DNA from: the human T2T-CHM13v2.0 reference genome, Homo sapiens
NCBI RefSeq assembly: GCF_009914755.1
Contig: NC_060929.1
Length of the DNA stretch: 64,000 nucleotides
Reading direction: 5' to 3' (one strand)
Part shown: piece after piece, positions 48,281-62,100 of the stretch
How the letters are laid out: every line of letters begins with the position of its first letter
How positions within the stretch are numbered: position 1 is the first letter of the stretch
The notes under the pieces: generated by a model
The model's database searches: none
Told to the model about the DNA's origin: nothing
Seen by the model: only the letters and a program-made list of their open reading frames with translations
Program-made: the position numbers and the translations under genes

Positions 48281-50987
48281 GTACTTCTGATTGAGTATGT
48301 ACCTTGATCAAGTACTGGGCTATCTTTTTGCAATCCTTTGAGATCTGTTGTTGCTGATAATCCCATTTACAGGCATCCAAAATTTCTAAATGGTTACATA
48401 ATTTGCTCAAGTACACGTATGCTAATTACAAGGGTCAGATCAGAATCTACATCTTTCTACACTAAACTAATTTTTCTTTTTCCATTGGCCCATCTCCTCC
48501 TTTAGATAATCTTGTTAATTTAGACTGTACTACCTTTCCTTCAGAAAGTGAAGTTCTGTAGCTAGAGTGGATAGACTTGATTTTCATAGCCTGGTAGCCT
48601 GAAAGCACTGTTCTCTCTTGGAGTCCAGTAGGACAGGGCCCTGCCCTTCTACACCAGGCCACACTTCCACTGCCTGACCCCTGCTTGCCTCTCAGCCCTC
48701 TCTGCAAAGTGCAAGGCTGGTGCTTCCAGGGCACTCTCGCTCTCCAAGTGACTGAAGTAGAAAAGCCCAAAGAAATCAAACTGAGCAGATCTTAGTACTC
48801 CTGGTTGTCACCCATTATATTGTTACTTTTTCTGTAGAATTAGAATATTTTTTATGAAAAGGCAGGGAAAGTTCAGCTGCCTTGCAGCACATCCCAAACT
48901 TCTCTATTGGGGTGGTCGGTTCTGGAAATTGCCAGCTGTGACTTTGGTGTGATGTTCATTATCTTTCCTGGTGGCAGTCTGCAGAGAGGATGTTGAGGTT
49001 GTACACAGTAATCACAGTAATCACCTGACACATAGTAGGTGATCATTAAATGCTTATCACATACATTAATATGCCTTCATCATTCCTTTTTCGAGCACTT
49101 TTGAATCTTCCACCTTCACATCTATGGAGTGCCCTGCAAGCCTGTAAACATTATTTGGAATGATAAAGTAGAAATTGTATTATACATCCTCCAGGTGAGG
49201 AGCCTGAGGCACTTTGATGCTAAAGCAAAGAGTTATGCAGCAGAAACACGGTAGAGGCAAAGATAGGTCAGTAATTATCAAAAAGAATCCTCCTCTGTGT
49301 CCTCTCACTTGGACTCCTTTCCTGTCTCTCTGGCTGGTTCATTTTCTTTCTCTTCTTTCTGATCTTAATATTTCAGAAGTTCCTCTTCTCTTAAACCAGT
49401 GCTGAAGTTAATGGCAGCACAGGATCAATAATATAAAAGCCCCTTCATCAACAGAGCAGAGGCAATATTCAAGCATTGTGAACTCCTCTCCCACCTAAAC
49501 TCTGAGATTGTATCTTAGAAGCCCATGGGCTGAAAGAGAGTGGCTAGTGACATATTTTGTTGCTATAGTTTGTTGGATCATCTATCTCCCCATGGGGTCA
49601 CTTGGGGACTCCCAGAGAGACAGTGTGGAATCACAAAAACTTCAGACCCTGGAGTCACAGCCCAGCTCATGGGCCTTGGCTTTGCACTCATTCAGTAAAT
49701 ACTGACCACCAGGCACCATGCTGAGACTGGGGACTATCATGGTAACAAAACAAGCATGGTCCCTGCCTTCATGGTGCCACAGGGTCACCTCTGGAAGATG
49801 GGCACTTGATGAAGGAGCAGAAGCATGGCTCATATTTATGAGTGCTTGCCATGTGCCAGACACTGTGTTTAACAGGTTGCAAGCATTGTTTGAAGATAAA
49901 ACATTGGGTGGCAGAGCTAGAGATTCATACCACACCTATATCTGTCTCACTCTAAAGTCCAAACAGGCAAAAAGAGAATGTATAGAAAATACCAAGTCAA
50001 ACGTATGGCACTTGGTACATGGCATGGTTGAGGGAAATGGGTCTGGATTTGGACTCAAAAGGAGAGGGGTTGAGGCCTGCATCTGCTGCCTCTGACTGTC
50101 TGTGATGAGGAAGCACAGGGGTGAGGCCACATCAAGAAAGAGCGAGCTCCAGGTAGCAGGGCCAAGCCAGGCAGGTTCACTGCTTTACCCTTAGCATCTG
50201 GCACAAAGAAGGAGCTGGAATTCAATTACATTGACTTGACTTAGAACATCCTGGCAAACCTGCTTTGTTACAAAAACTAAGAAATAGTCTGAAGAGGACA
50301 TACCTATAGGAGTCAAGTGGCCGATTAACTGATGATATCACTCTCACCACTAATAATAATAGCATACTCCCATGTATGGAGACACTACTCTGTGTACTCT
50401 ACTACTACCCAATACAGAAGCTATTATTTCTATTTTATAAAAAAGAAAACCATATCTCAGAGAGTGTATTGCTCTTGGCTACACAGCCAGTAAGAGGGAG
50501 AGTCTAGACTTGAACCCACGTCCCTAATGTAACTATCCCAGCAGACCCTGCTTCCAGAGACTCCTCCTCAGAAATCATCCTCAGTCCAGGCCATATCCTC
50601 ATTTGGGTGGACTAAAAGCTGTCATTCGAAGATGAGCTTTGGTGAGATTCAAAGGTCTCCCATATCTGAAGTCTGTGTTTAGTTTGGAAGCAGTTACAAT
50701 TAAGATAACAGAAAAGTTCTAATCAAATCGAACATTATCTGGGTCAATCAGATCTTCTGCTAATAAGAGTTCCATTCAAATAATAATGCATGCAAAATTG
50801 TCTTTCTTGAGTTAAGGAGGAAGACTAGCTTTTATCAAAATATCTAGCCCTAAGCTGTACCAACACTCATCCCAGAAAAGTAGGTGAGTGCATGAGGCTG
50901 AGCCTTGTCCTGGGTAGCTCCAATTTCTTCTGAAAACTTGAGTGCTCTTAGGAGACTAACCAGTGGTGTCTGCCCATTGCCCTAAGG

Positions 50988-51518
<531 letters not shown>

Positions 51519-52084
51519 CGATAAGAGAACATTTATTTGGGGATGGATTAATTAATTCAGTCACTTTGCCCTCCTTGGTATGCTGGCTTTCTTCTCCTGG
51601 CCCCTGCCAGCCTTATGTACTACGGATGCTATAATTAAGGAATGGAACACACAGAATTAAAGAAAGGAGCAATGCCTATCCCTGGCTTGCCTTACTTCTT
51701 TGTCTTATTGCATGTGGAAATCACCATGTGCGCTCTGGCAGACATTTGCCGTGCATGACTCAGTAAGGTAAGTGAATGAAGAAATTAAACAAATGTTACT
51801 AGCGGGTGGGAAGAACCCTTGCCTCACATAGGCCAATAAAGGTAATTTTTGTGGTTCTAGTTCTTGAAAAATCTAATCTACCTGCAAACTATCTCAGCGG
51901 AGGGACTTGGCAGGTGTATTTTGGCTCAGTGTGCCTTGGGAAGTAGTCCCTGACATCTCTCATACTGGGACTCCTCAGCCTGTCCTTGTGGGATGGTGTA
52001 TCAGAGTCCACTCACAAGTCAGGTAGCTGCCCTGCCACAATGAGAGCAAAGCAGTGGTGCTGTTAGCAGTGGGTTGTAAGGTCA

Positions 52085-54366
52085 CAAGCAGAGGGTAGAG
52101 TCAGGCAGTACAGGTGCAGCTTTGTTACATGGATGCATTGTATGACACTGGAGTTTGGGCTTCTACTGAACCAGTCACCTAAATAGTGAACACAGTACCC
52201 AATAGGTAGCTTTTCTGCCCTTGCTCCTGTCCTCCCCTGTCTCTCCCCATAGTTCCCAGTGTCAATTATTTCCGTGTTTATGTCCATATGTGCCCATTTT
52301 TTAGCTCCCACTTATAAGTTAAAACATGCAGTATTTGATTTTCTGTTTCTGAGTTATTTCACTTAGGATAATGGCTTCTAGCTGCATCCATTGTTTATGC
52401 AAGGGACATGATTTCATTCTTTTTTATGGCTGCATAGTATTCCATGGTGTATATGTACCACATTTTCTTTATCCATTCCACCATTGATAGTCACCTATGT
52501 TGATTCTATGACTATGCTACTATGAATAGTGCTGTGATAAACATTTGAGTGCAGACGTCTTTTTTGGTAGAATGGTTTCTTTTCCTTTGGGCACATAACC
52601 AGTGGTGGGATTGCTGAGTTAAATGTCATTTTCAGTTATTTGATAAATCTCCATACTGCTTTCCACAGGGGCTAAACTACAAACAGTATATAAGCATTCC
52701 CTTTTCTCCACATACTTGCTAATGTCTGTTTTTGTTTTTTTACTTTTTAATAATATCCATTCTGGCTGGTGTAAGATGGTACCTCATCGTGTTTTAATTT
52801 GTATCTCTCTGATAATTTAGTGATGCTGAGCATTTTTTCATATTTTTTGGCCACATATATGTCTTCATGTGTCTGCTCATGTGTTTTGTCCACTTTTTAA
52901 TGGGGTTATTTGTTTTTTTCTTGTTGATTTAAGTTTCTTATAGATTCTGTAAATTAGTCCTTTCTTGGATGCATAATTTCCAAATATTTTCTTCCATTCT
53001 GTAGACTGTCTGCTTACTCTGTTGATAGTTTCTTTTGCCGTGCAGAAGTCCTTTAGTTTAATTAGTCCCAATTGTCAATTTTTGTTTCTGTTGTGTTTGC
53101 TTTTGAGGCCTCAAAATAATGAGAGCCATCTATGACAAATACACAGCCAACGTCATACCAAATGGGCAAAAACTGGAAGCATTCTCCCAAAGAACGGGAA
53201 CAAGACAAGGATGTCCACTCTCACCACTTCTATTCAACATAGCAGTGGAAGTCCTAACCAGGGCAATCAGGAAAAGGAAACAAATAGAAGACCTCCAAAT
53301 AGGAAAAAAATGAAGTCAAATAATCTGTTTGCTGATGATATGATACTTTACCTAGAAAACCCTAAAGATTCCTCCAAAAGACTCCTAGACCAGATAAATG
53401 ACTTGAATAAAGTTTCAGGATATAAAATCAATGTACAAAATTAGTAGCATTTCTATACACCAGTAATGTTCAAGCTGAGAACCAAATCAAGAACTCAATT
53501 CCATTTACAAAAGCCACAAAAAAAAACAACCTAGGAATACATCTACTAAGGAGGTGAAAGATCTTTACAAGGAGAACTACAAAACACTCCTTAAAGAAGT
53601 CGGAGATCAAACAAACAAATGGAAAAAATATTCCATGCTCATGGATTACAAGAATCAATATCATTAAGATGTCTATATTGCCCAAAACAATATACAGATT
53701 CAATGCAATTCCTATCAAATTACCAAGGTCAACCTTCACAGAATTATAAAAAATGAATTCTAAAATTCATATGGAACCATGAGTAGCCAAAGAAATCCTC
53801 AGCAAAAAGAAAAAAAGCCAGAGACATCACATTACCCAACTTCAAACTATACTACAAGGCCATAGTAACCCAAACTGCTGGTACAGAAATAGACACTGAG
53901 ATTAATGGAACAGAATAGAGAACCATAAATAAAGCTACACACCTACAACTAACTGATCTTTGACAAAGTCGACCAAAATAAGCATTGAAAAGGACTCCCT
54001 ATTCAATGAATGATGTTGAAAAAACCGGCTAGCCATATGCAGATGACTATTTAATCCATCTGCCATATGGATCTATAAGAAACTTAAATCAACAAGAAAA
54101 AAACAGATAACCCCATTAAACAGTGGACAAAACACATGAGCAGACACTTGAAGACATACATGTGGCCAAAACACATGAAAAAATGCTCAGCATCACTAAA
54201 TTATCAGAGAAATACAAACTAAAACATGGTGAGGTACCATCTGCCATATGCAGATGGATTAAAGACTTAAACTTAAAACCTCAAACTATAAATTCCTAGA
54301 AGAAAACCCAGGAAAAACTATTCTGGACACTGGCTTAAGCAAATAATTTATTATTAGGACCTCAAA
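52085..54366 (-). mobile_element. Old LINE-1 (L1PA15-16/L1PB-like) with 5' inversion: 3' part 52085-53108 on minus, inverted ORF2 part 53109-54366 on plus
   Basis: Minus-strand 3' UTR and ORF2 C-terminus; plus-strand RT remnants ([15 protein letters not shown]; [13 protein letters not shown]); both parts meet the same L1 coordinate (CCTCAAA). Confidence 0.92.
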
Positions 54367-55415
54367 TTCAATTTTAGGGTAACTTCATTTACTTGGTTTT
54401 TTTTCCTTTTAGACTTCCTTTTTAAATGAACTGTAAAGGTAATATTTATTATAGAGATAGTTAGTAATGACAAAGAAGTACAACAGCACAGAAAATACGG
54501 ATAATCCTAATGCCAGAAATGGTGAGGCAAAGAATTTTGTCATTTTTGGTCATAATTTGGTCAAGGTTTTTTTTTCTTCTATGATTTTTTTCTTCATTTT
54601 GAAATGTATTACTCACAGTCCCAGCAAAAGTACAGGATATACTTAAGTTGAGTAACTTGAAGAGAATTTAGTAAACTTACTATTTATAAGAGAGTGGATG
54701 GAATATAAGGAAACCACAAGAGATAGTGCAGCACCTAGGGTTTGGTATTAGTGGGGATGACATTGCCACCTGGAGCTTGAGTGGGAGAAGACAATGGTCA
54801 GAACCCAAAACAGAGAGAACTGTGTAGGGACCACCTCCTGACAGCAAGAGGAGGTAGTGCAACATCACTGGGAGGAGAATACATGCCTCAGCCTCACTCT
54901 TCCCCTTCCCTACCAGTGGCTTCCTCTGGCCAAATACATCAGAAACCAGCAATCAAGGCTGCAGCCCATTTATGCAGCCTACACCCCTGGGCATAGGACA
55001 GGGTCAGGGAGTGTAAAGAGTCCAACTAGAGGGGCAAACAGAAGATATCCAGCCCAAACTGCCCAAACACACTTTGCTTTCATTGTATGATATTCGAACA
55101 TTAAAGATAAAGCAACCTCTCCCCTACAAAGAGGTAAGCATTGTTTTACGTTTAGTGTATGTCTTCCAGACATTTTCCTAGTTTGTTACCTGTATAATAT
55201 ATGTCCTCATAATAGGTGCAATTTTGTTCTGCCTGTGTGGGCATGTGTTTTGTAAACAGTGTGATACAATACGTATTGTTAAAGAACTTGCTTTTTTACT
55301 CAACAATTTGTCTTGGACTCTTTTCACATCAGCATGTAGAGACCTGACATTATTTTAATCCCCTGTGTGGCATTCCACAGTGTGGTTGATAGGAGGGCTG
55401 TTCTCCAATGTCCTA

Positions 55416-55416
<1 letters not shown>

Positions 55417-55462
<46 letters not shown>
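55417..55462. repeat. (TC)n microsatellite
   Basis: About 22 uninterrupted CT units. Confidence 0.97.
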
Positions 55463-55464
<2 letters not shown>

Positions 55465-55643
55465 GCACATAGTAGGATGGGAGCATCCCACTCTACTAAA
55501 CTCAGGTTGCCAGTATGATTGCCTTTGGTCAAGGAGATATAAACCCATGTCCCATATGTCACTCCCAGGCAAAAGCTTTAAGAGCTGACACATGCTTCAT
55601 CTTTCTCTTTTCACTTGCTGTTGAGACTAGTGGTGTTCTCGAC

Positions 55644-55960
55644 CAGCACTGCCTAGTAAAAAATATAATCTAAGCTGTTATCTAATTTTAAATATTCCGT
55701 AAGTCACATTTAAAAAAAGTTAAACACAGGCAAAATTAATTTTAATAATGTATTTCATTTACCCAGTATACCCAAACTATTATCATTTCAACATGCAATC
55801 AACACGAAAAACTATTAAATAAATATTTTACACTTTTATACTCAGCCTTTAAAATCCGGTATATAACTTACACTTACAGTGTTTATCAATTCAGACTAGA
55901 CACATTTCAAGGGCTCAATAGCTCCATGTGGCTAGTAGCTACCATGTGGGACAGTGCAGT
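55644..55960. mobile_element. MER33-like hAT DNA transposon
   Basis: CAGCACTG...TAATTTTAAAT...ATTATCATTTCAACATGCAATCAA...CACATTTCAAGGGCTCAATAGC.CCATGTGGCTAGT...GGACAGTGCAG. Confidence 0.8.
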
Positions 55961-58038
55961 TCTGTCTGCATCTTAAGGATGATGGAGCTGAGCCCCAGCT
56001 GAAATGTGTTGAGTTACTTTTACTCACACTACAGTGTGAGAAATTTTTTATTGCTTTTTTTAAGGCATCGTGACTTGGATGTTGTTTGCTCCCACAGAAT
56101 CACCTGATCTGTCCAAACACACATATCGTAATTCATTTAATCATTTCAATATGGGTGGACAAGCAAGTTGTTTCCAATTTTTCACTGTTATAACAAGATG
56201 TTGGTGAATATCTTTATGCACATTTTTGTGCTCAGATGGAACTTTTTATATCATAGGCATTTATATATTTTTTTACTTTAACAAATTTAAAAGGCTGTCC
56301 AACGTGTTTCAAATTTTCACTTCTATTAGAAATATGTGAAAGTACCCATTTTCCCCATATCCTTACCATTACCTGATATCATCTAATTTTTTATTTCAAA
56401 TACTTTTTCTATTTGTTTTTATTTACATCTCTTATAGTTGATATAATATACAGCCCATTCTTCTAACATCGTATTTTTATATAATTAAAATTTTCTTGAA
56501 ACTTTGTTTTTAAATGGCAGCATCAACATGTGGCATAGATATAGCAAGTCAATTTAACCATTTCCCTAGTTTCTTGGATATTCACATTGAGATTACTTCC
56601 AAACTTTATTATACATATCACCATAATGAACATCTTTTGTGCAAACAACATTTTATACATTTCACTTAATTTTCCTATGATAAGTTCTAAAAGTGTAGTT
56701 ACTGGCTTGAAAGGCCCATACACATTTATAGTTCTTGGTATTTGCTAGCAGATTCTTTTTTCTTGCTAGAAAATTTGTATCGATTACAGTCCTTTAGGGA
56801 AATTTCAGGTTTTTATATGACATAAATTGAACATTTGCCATTTACAGATGCTTTTAGATACATTCTTGCATCTAATGCTTACAAGGGTTCCATAAGGTGA
56901 GCAAAAGGAAAATGACCTGCCAGGGTCACAGCGTAGGTGAGAAGCAATGCTGACATTTGAACTCAGCTTCAGACAACAAATTCAGGTTTGTTTGTTTGTT
57001 TTGCTGAATACTTCAATTGCTTCCTTAACATTGACCATGGAAAAATAGGCTTCTTCTTGATCCCCATTTCAGCCACAACTTGTGGCCCCAAGTAACTCAT
57101 TAGTTTGGGTCTTCAAGGAGAGAGAACTAATATTACCAATGGCTTATTTCTGTAAAAATCCTCCTCCGTGCTTGAAAATAGGAATGTCACTCTATAATTT
57201 CAAGATGCCAGGTGAGGGCACTGCTGGCCCATAATTTGTTTCAGAAACAAAACAGAAATGGTCTCAAGAGGAGGCTAACAATTTTTTATATGGTTTCCCT
57301 CAGAGAGACACCTTCCACTGAAGGAATATTAAACTGGTGTCTGGCATAGAGAACTGTTTTCCAGTGGGACTCACTGGGGTTCTCTATTTGGCGGATTTAT
57401 CCACACAGACCAACTTGTTTCAAAATGAAAAGGGAGCCATAATAAAGTAAGATGTTAAGCTGTTTTAGGTGGAAACCACTGCAGATATTTTCTAGTATAG
57501 TTCTCACTACTGCAGACAACAATAAAATGCAAATGGGGAAATAGAGCGAAATGCAAAATTTCCTTTTAGAGTTTAATAGAGTTGAGCCTATCAGAAAAGA
57601 TTAGAAACAACTTCTCAACATTTTTACATTTTGTTCTTTGGATGATGTTGATATATTATAGTTTTAGCTGAAAGGAGAATGTTTGTGTTCTCTGAAGTCA
57701 TCTATCCCTTGTTGTGATCTGAGCTTCTTTCTTGTCTGGACCATGGCCATAGTGTTCTGATCAGGGTTCCTTCCCCCATTGTCACATCTCCATACCCAAC
57801 TCACCCTCACTCTGCATACTACATTCTGTATGAACTTTCTAAGGTAAAAGTTGGATCCTTTCACATCCCTTCTCAAAGCTCACCAGTGGTTCACCACCCT
57901 CTAGAAGATAAAAGCCTTCACATACCTTATACTACCTTCAAAATGAAGCTTCTACCCACTTTCCAGCTTCATATTATGCCATGCTTCCTGCATCCCCTCG
58001 TAATACTGTGCTCCAGTCACACTGAACTTCTTGCCTTC

Positions 58039-58496
58039 TGCTGTGGTCTGAATATGTCCCCACAAATTCACATGTAGGAAAATTAATCCCCAATGCAACA
58101 GTGTTGGGAGGTGGGACCTAATTGGTGGTGTTTAGATATGAGGGCAGAGCCCTCATGAATAATTAATGCCACCATAAGAAGCTCTTAAAGAAGTAAATTC
58201 ACTCTCTTTTGATCTTCTGCTATGTGAGAACGCAATGTTCCTCCCCTTCAGCAGACACGGCAACAAGGTATGAGTTTGGTGCAAAAGTAATTGTGGTTTT
58301 TGTCCTTTCTTCCAATGGCAAAAACTGCAATCACTTTTGCAGCAACCTAATACCATCTTGGAACCAGAGACTGAACCTGCCAATGGCATGATCTTGGACT
58401 TCCTAGTCTCTAGAATTGTAAGAAATATACTTCTGTCATTTATAAAATATCCAGTCTCAAATATTCTGCTATAGCAGCACAAAATGAACTAAGATG
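58039..58496 (+). mobile_element. MaLR solo LTR (MSTB/MLT1A-like) containing a MADE1
   Basis: Starts TGCTGTGGTCTGAATATGTCCCC; contains ATCTTGGACTTCC.AG.CTC.AGAA; ends GCTATAGCAGCACAAAATGAACTAAGA. Confidence 0.85.
58271..58350. mobile_element. MADE1 (Hsmar1-derived 80-bp mariner MITE)
   Basis: TA-flanked 80-bp imperfect palindrome: TTGGTGCAAAAGTAATTGTGGTTTTTG ... CAAAAACTGCAATCACTTTTGCAGCAACCTAA. Confidence 0.93.
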
Positions 58497-58792
58497 CCTT
58501 CCCCCAAATGTGCTCTGCTCTTTAATATCACCAAAGTTTTATACCTACTCTTTTTTCTGCATAAGAGTTTATTCATTATTTTACTCAACCTACCAATCCC
58601 TCTCACTCTTTAAAACCCAGCTAGCAGGTCACCTTTCTAGGATATTTTTTCCCAAATCTCCAGATATAATCACTTGTATCAGTCAAGGTTCTCCAAAGAA
58701 ACAGAACCAATAGGACACACACACACACACACACACGCACACACACATGCACACACACAGATACAGATAATAGATATCAATATGTGAGAGGG

Positions 58793-59081
58793 GGCCAGAT
58801 GCCATGGCTCACTCTGTAATTCCAGCAGTTTAGGAGGCCGAGGTGGGTTGGATCACTTGAGCTCAGGAGTTTGAGACCAGCATGGGCAACATGGCAAAAC
58901 CCCATATTTACAAAAACATGCAAAAATTAGGCAGGCATGGTGGCATGTGCCCATAGTCCCAGCTACTTGGGAGGCTGAGGTGGGAGGATCACTTGAACCT
59001 GATCCTGTGGAGGTTACAGTAAGCCAAGATGGCACCACTGCACTCCAGCCTAGGCAACAGAGCCAGACCATGTCTCAAAAA
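58793..59081 (+). mobile_element. Alu (AluJ-like)
   Basis: GGATCACTTGAGCTCAGGAGTTTGAGACCAGC...GGTGGGAGGATCACTTGAACC. Confidence 0.92.
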
Positions 59082-59085
59082 TTTA

Positions 59086-59086
<1 letters not shown>

Positions 59087-59132
<46 letters not shown>
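59087..59132. repeat. (TATC)n tetranucleotide microsatellite
   Basis: About 11 TATC units. Confidence 0.95.
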
Positions 59133-62100
59133 GGGTATTTATTATGGGAATTGGCTTACATAATTTTGGAGGCTAAGCAGTCCCACAGTTTTTGATCTGC
59201 AAGCTGGAAAATCAGGGAAGCCAGCAGCCTGGCTCAGTCCAAGTCTGAAGGCCGAAGAACTGGGAGAGCTGAATGTGTAACTCTCAGTTCAAGGCCAAAG
59301 GCCTTGGTTGGGGGAGGGATTTGTGCAAGTTGCAGAGTTCAAAGGTGAGATAATCTTGAGTTCTGATATCCAAGGGCAGAAGATGAGTGTCCCAGCTCAA
59401 GAAGAGAGAACAAATTCAGTTTTCCTCTGCCTTTTTGTTCTATCTGGTCCCTTAATGGATTGGATGGTGCCTGCTCACACTTGGTGAGGGCAGATCTTTC
59501 TTACTCAGTCTACTGATTCAAATGTCAACCTCTCTCAGAAACACCCTCACAGACATACACAGAAATAATGCTTTACCAGCTATCTGAGTATCCCTTAATT
59601 CAGTCAAGTTGACACCTAAAATTAACCATCACATGACTCCTCTATTGGTACTCCCATGAGTGATCTTAGGACTACATTATGTTGCTATTTCTTATTTTGA
59701 GTGCCTATCAGTACCTCTGTACAGAGAGCTCCTACACGAAAGAGATCATATCTAATTCATCATCGAATTCCAAACCTAAGCTTACACTTGGCACATAATA
59801 GACCCTCAATAAACTATTATTATTTACATTTTGGTAGATAAAGAGGTTTTTCATGTCAGTAATCTGGCAGCATGCCATATACACCATTCTAAAATTTTAT
59901 GGAGGTTCTGAGATATCATTATTCATAACTTTACAATTCATACTTACAAAGATGTTTGTGCTTACTTTTACTTCTATCTTCTTCTGGATTATTTGGTTTG
60001 GGCAGAAGGGGAGAGGATATCTGAGGTTAGAATTTGGTCCAATGCCAGCACAGGTTTTTTTTTAAAAAGAGATGGAATTTAAGTAAAGGGAGGAAGATTT
60101 CCCAAAGGGTAAGAAGGGAAACCTGCTCTGAGTATTTAACAGAAGAAAGCAGAAAGATTAAAGTGGAGAAGGAAGCAAGAATCCTTGAGAACAGTTTTGC
60201 CACATTGTAGGGAAGAGAGATGGGAGAGAACAGGAGTGAATTAGGGAGGAGAGAGAGAAGTGAGTTTAGGCATTTATTCCTCTTCCTACAACTTCTATTT
60301 CTGCCCCCAGTGGCAGATATTAGCAGTGGTGAAAGACAATTGCAAAGTTCTACCAACTCGCCATATTCGTTTAGATGGTAATAAACTCTGCATGATCATT
60401 ACATCTCAAAATGTAGAAAGTCACTAAAGGGAACATTATACATTCAGAGATCTATAAAGCTTGTCACTACAGAGTGTATACTATTTTAATGAGTCTTAAA
60501 CTCTTTACACAGGCCCTATATCCACACAGAGTCATAACCAATAGCCTATAAAAACACATGCCTGCACGTGTGTGCACACACACAAATATGGCATCTCACA
60601 CATCTATTATCCCACCTGGGGCATGACTGTATTTTCCTACTGATGGATTGAGCTCTTGGGTTGAGATGAACCATCTGTCTCCCAAATGGATTTCTAGTAC
60701 TTCAATCACATCTCCAGTAATCACTTTCCCTAAACACATTAGTGGGAAATGATGTAAAAAATAATTAAGCATAACTATCCAGTGCATTAGAAATTGATGG
60801 TATCTATGTTGTGTAAATTAGAGACATGTATCTGGTTGATACATGTCTATCTATCTGGTTGAGAAACATATCCAAGAAAATGGAGCAATGGCTCTCAACT
60901 ACATGGATGTCACTCTTTTTGGCAGAAAAAATATTGCTTCTTACTCCTTTAGTGCACTCTCAATACACACTTTTTTTCAGTAAATTTTACCTTACCCATA
61001 GACATAACCCCTGAGAAAACAACTAAACAAGACATATAGGGGAGGGGGGGAGGGGGGCATGTTCTATGAGTATGTCTGTGGGGATGAGGTGGGGGTGGGG
61101 GCTACATGCACATAGCACTCAGCATTTTTTTCCACACAGGTTGAGTCCCCAGTGGAAACAAGAAATTGGGCTAGGAACTGTGTGTACCATTTTGCTCTTT
61201 GGCTATAAAATACGAGAAAAGTGTTTACCAGAATTCAAAGGCCTCAGTGATTAATAACACATAGCAAACTTTGACTCTGCATAAAGCACATTTATTCAAG
61301 CACATGAGAGAAAAAACATTATGGGATCCATTAGAATATTCTACAGGATTGGTGAAAGGCTATTTTATTGCGAAGATGCAGAGGAATAGCAAATCTTTGA
61401 AGACAATTTACTACAGAGATCAGAAAAAGAGTTTAGAAAATTGTTTTTATATTTAAGAAGATGCTATGAGGTGTGACCTCTCTGGAACAGAAAGAGAACT
61501 CCACAAGGTTAAAATGCAGTTAAAATACTTTAATGCGGTTTCAAAAGTTTCTAGGAAAACCTAAACTGAACAGATAACATAATAAGATGGAAGAAAAAAT
61601 AAAATGTAGATTTTCTGTAAACCAAAAGTACAGAATTAAATCTATATTGGAGGCATTAAAGATCAGAAGTGGCAGAAAAATTCAATTTAGTGATAGAAAC
61701 AGCAAACTTTAAAGTATGTTTAATAATTAGAGGAATGGGATAAATATTAAGATGGGAGTGATTATATATAGAGAGAAAACAGAGGCTAAACATTCCACCT
61801 AATAATTATATGAATTTCTAAGGAAAAATCCGGAATCATTAATATTGAATCAATACTGGAGAACATAGTTGAAGAACGTTCTGCATAGTTTTTTAAGGAG
61901 AATTTTAATAGGAAGATATTAGGGTGAGAAATCTTACTACATTCTCAGATAGAATCAAAGAAAATGACCCAAATTCAGATGTAAGTCTAAAATGGAATAT
62001 TTTAATTATAAGTAAAAATAAAATTCTATAAGCATCCTTTCAGATGATCCACAAATGACCTGCAAAGAAATATATATCTGTATGATGATACACTTTTCCT

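Larger units (their letters stand above)
58676..59633 (-). mobile_element. ERVL solo LTR (MLT2-like) interrupted by an Alu, with (CA)n and (TATC)n expansions
   Basis: Starts TGTATCAGTCAAGGTTCTCCAAAGAAACAGAACCAATAGGA; ends CAAGTTGACACCTAAAATTAACCATCACA. Confidence 0.88.

Noticed and set aside
61038-61102. G-run cluster with G-quadruplex potential
   Set aside because: Common in mammalian DNA; no associated promoter or exon evidence.
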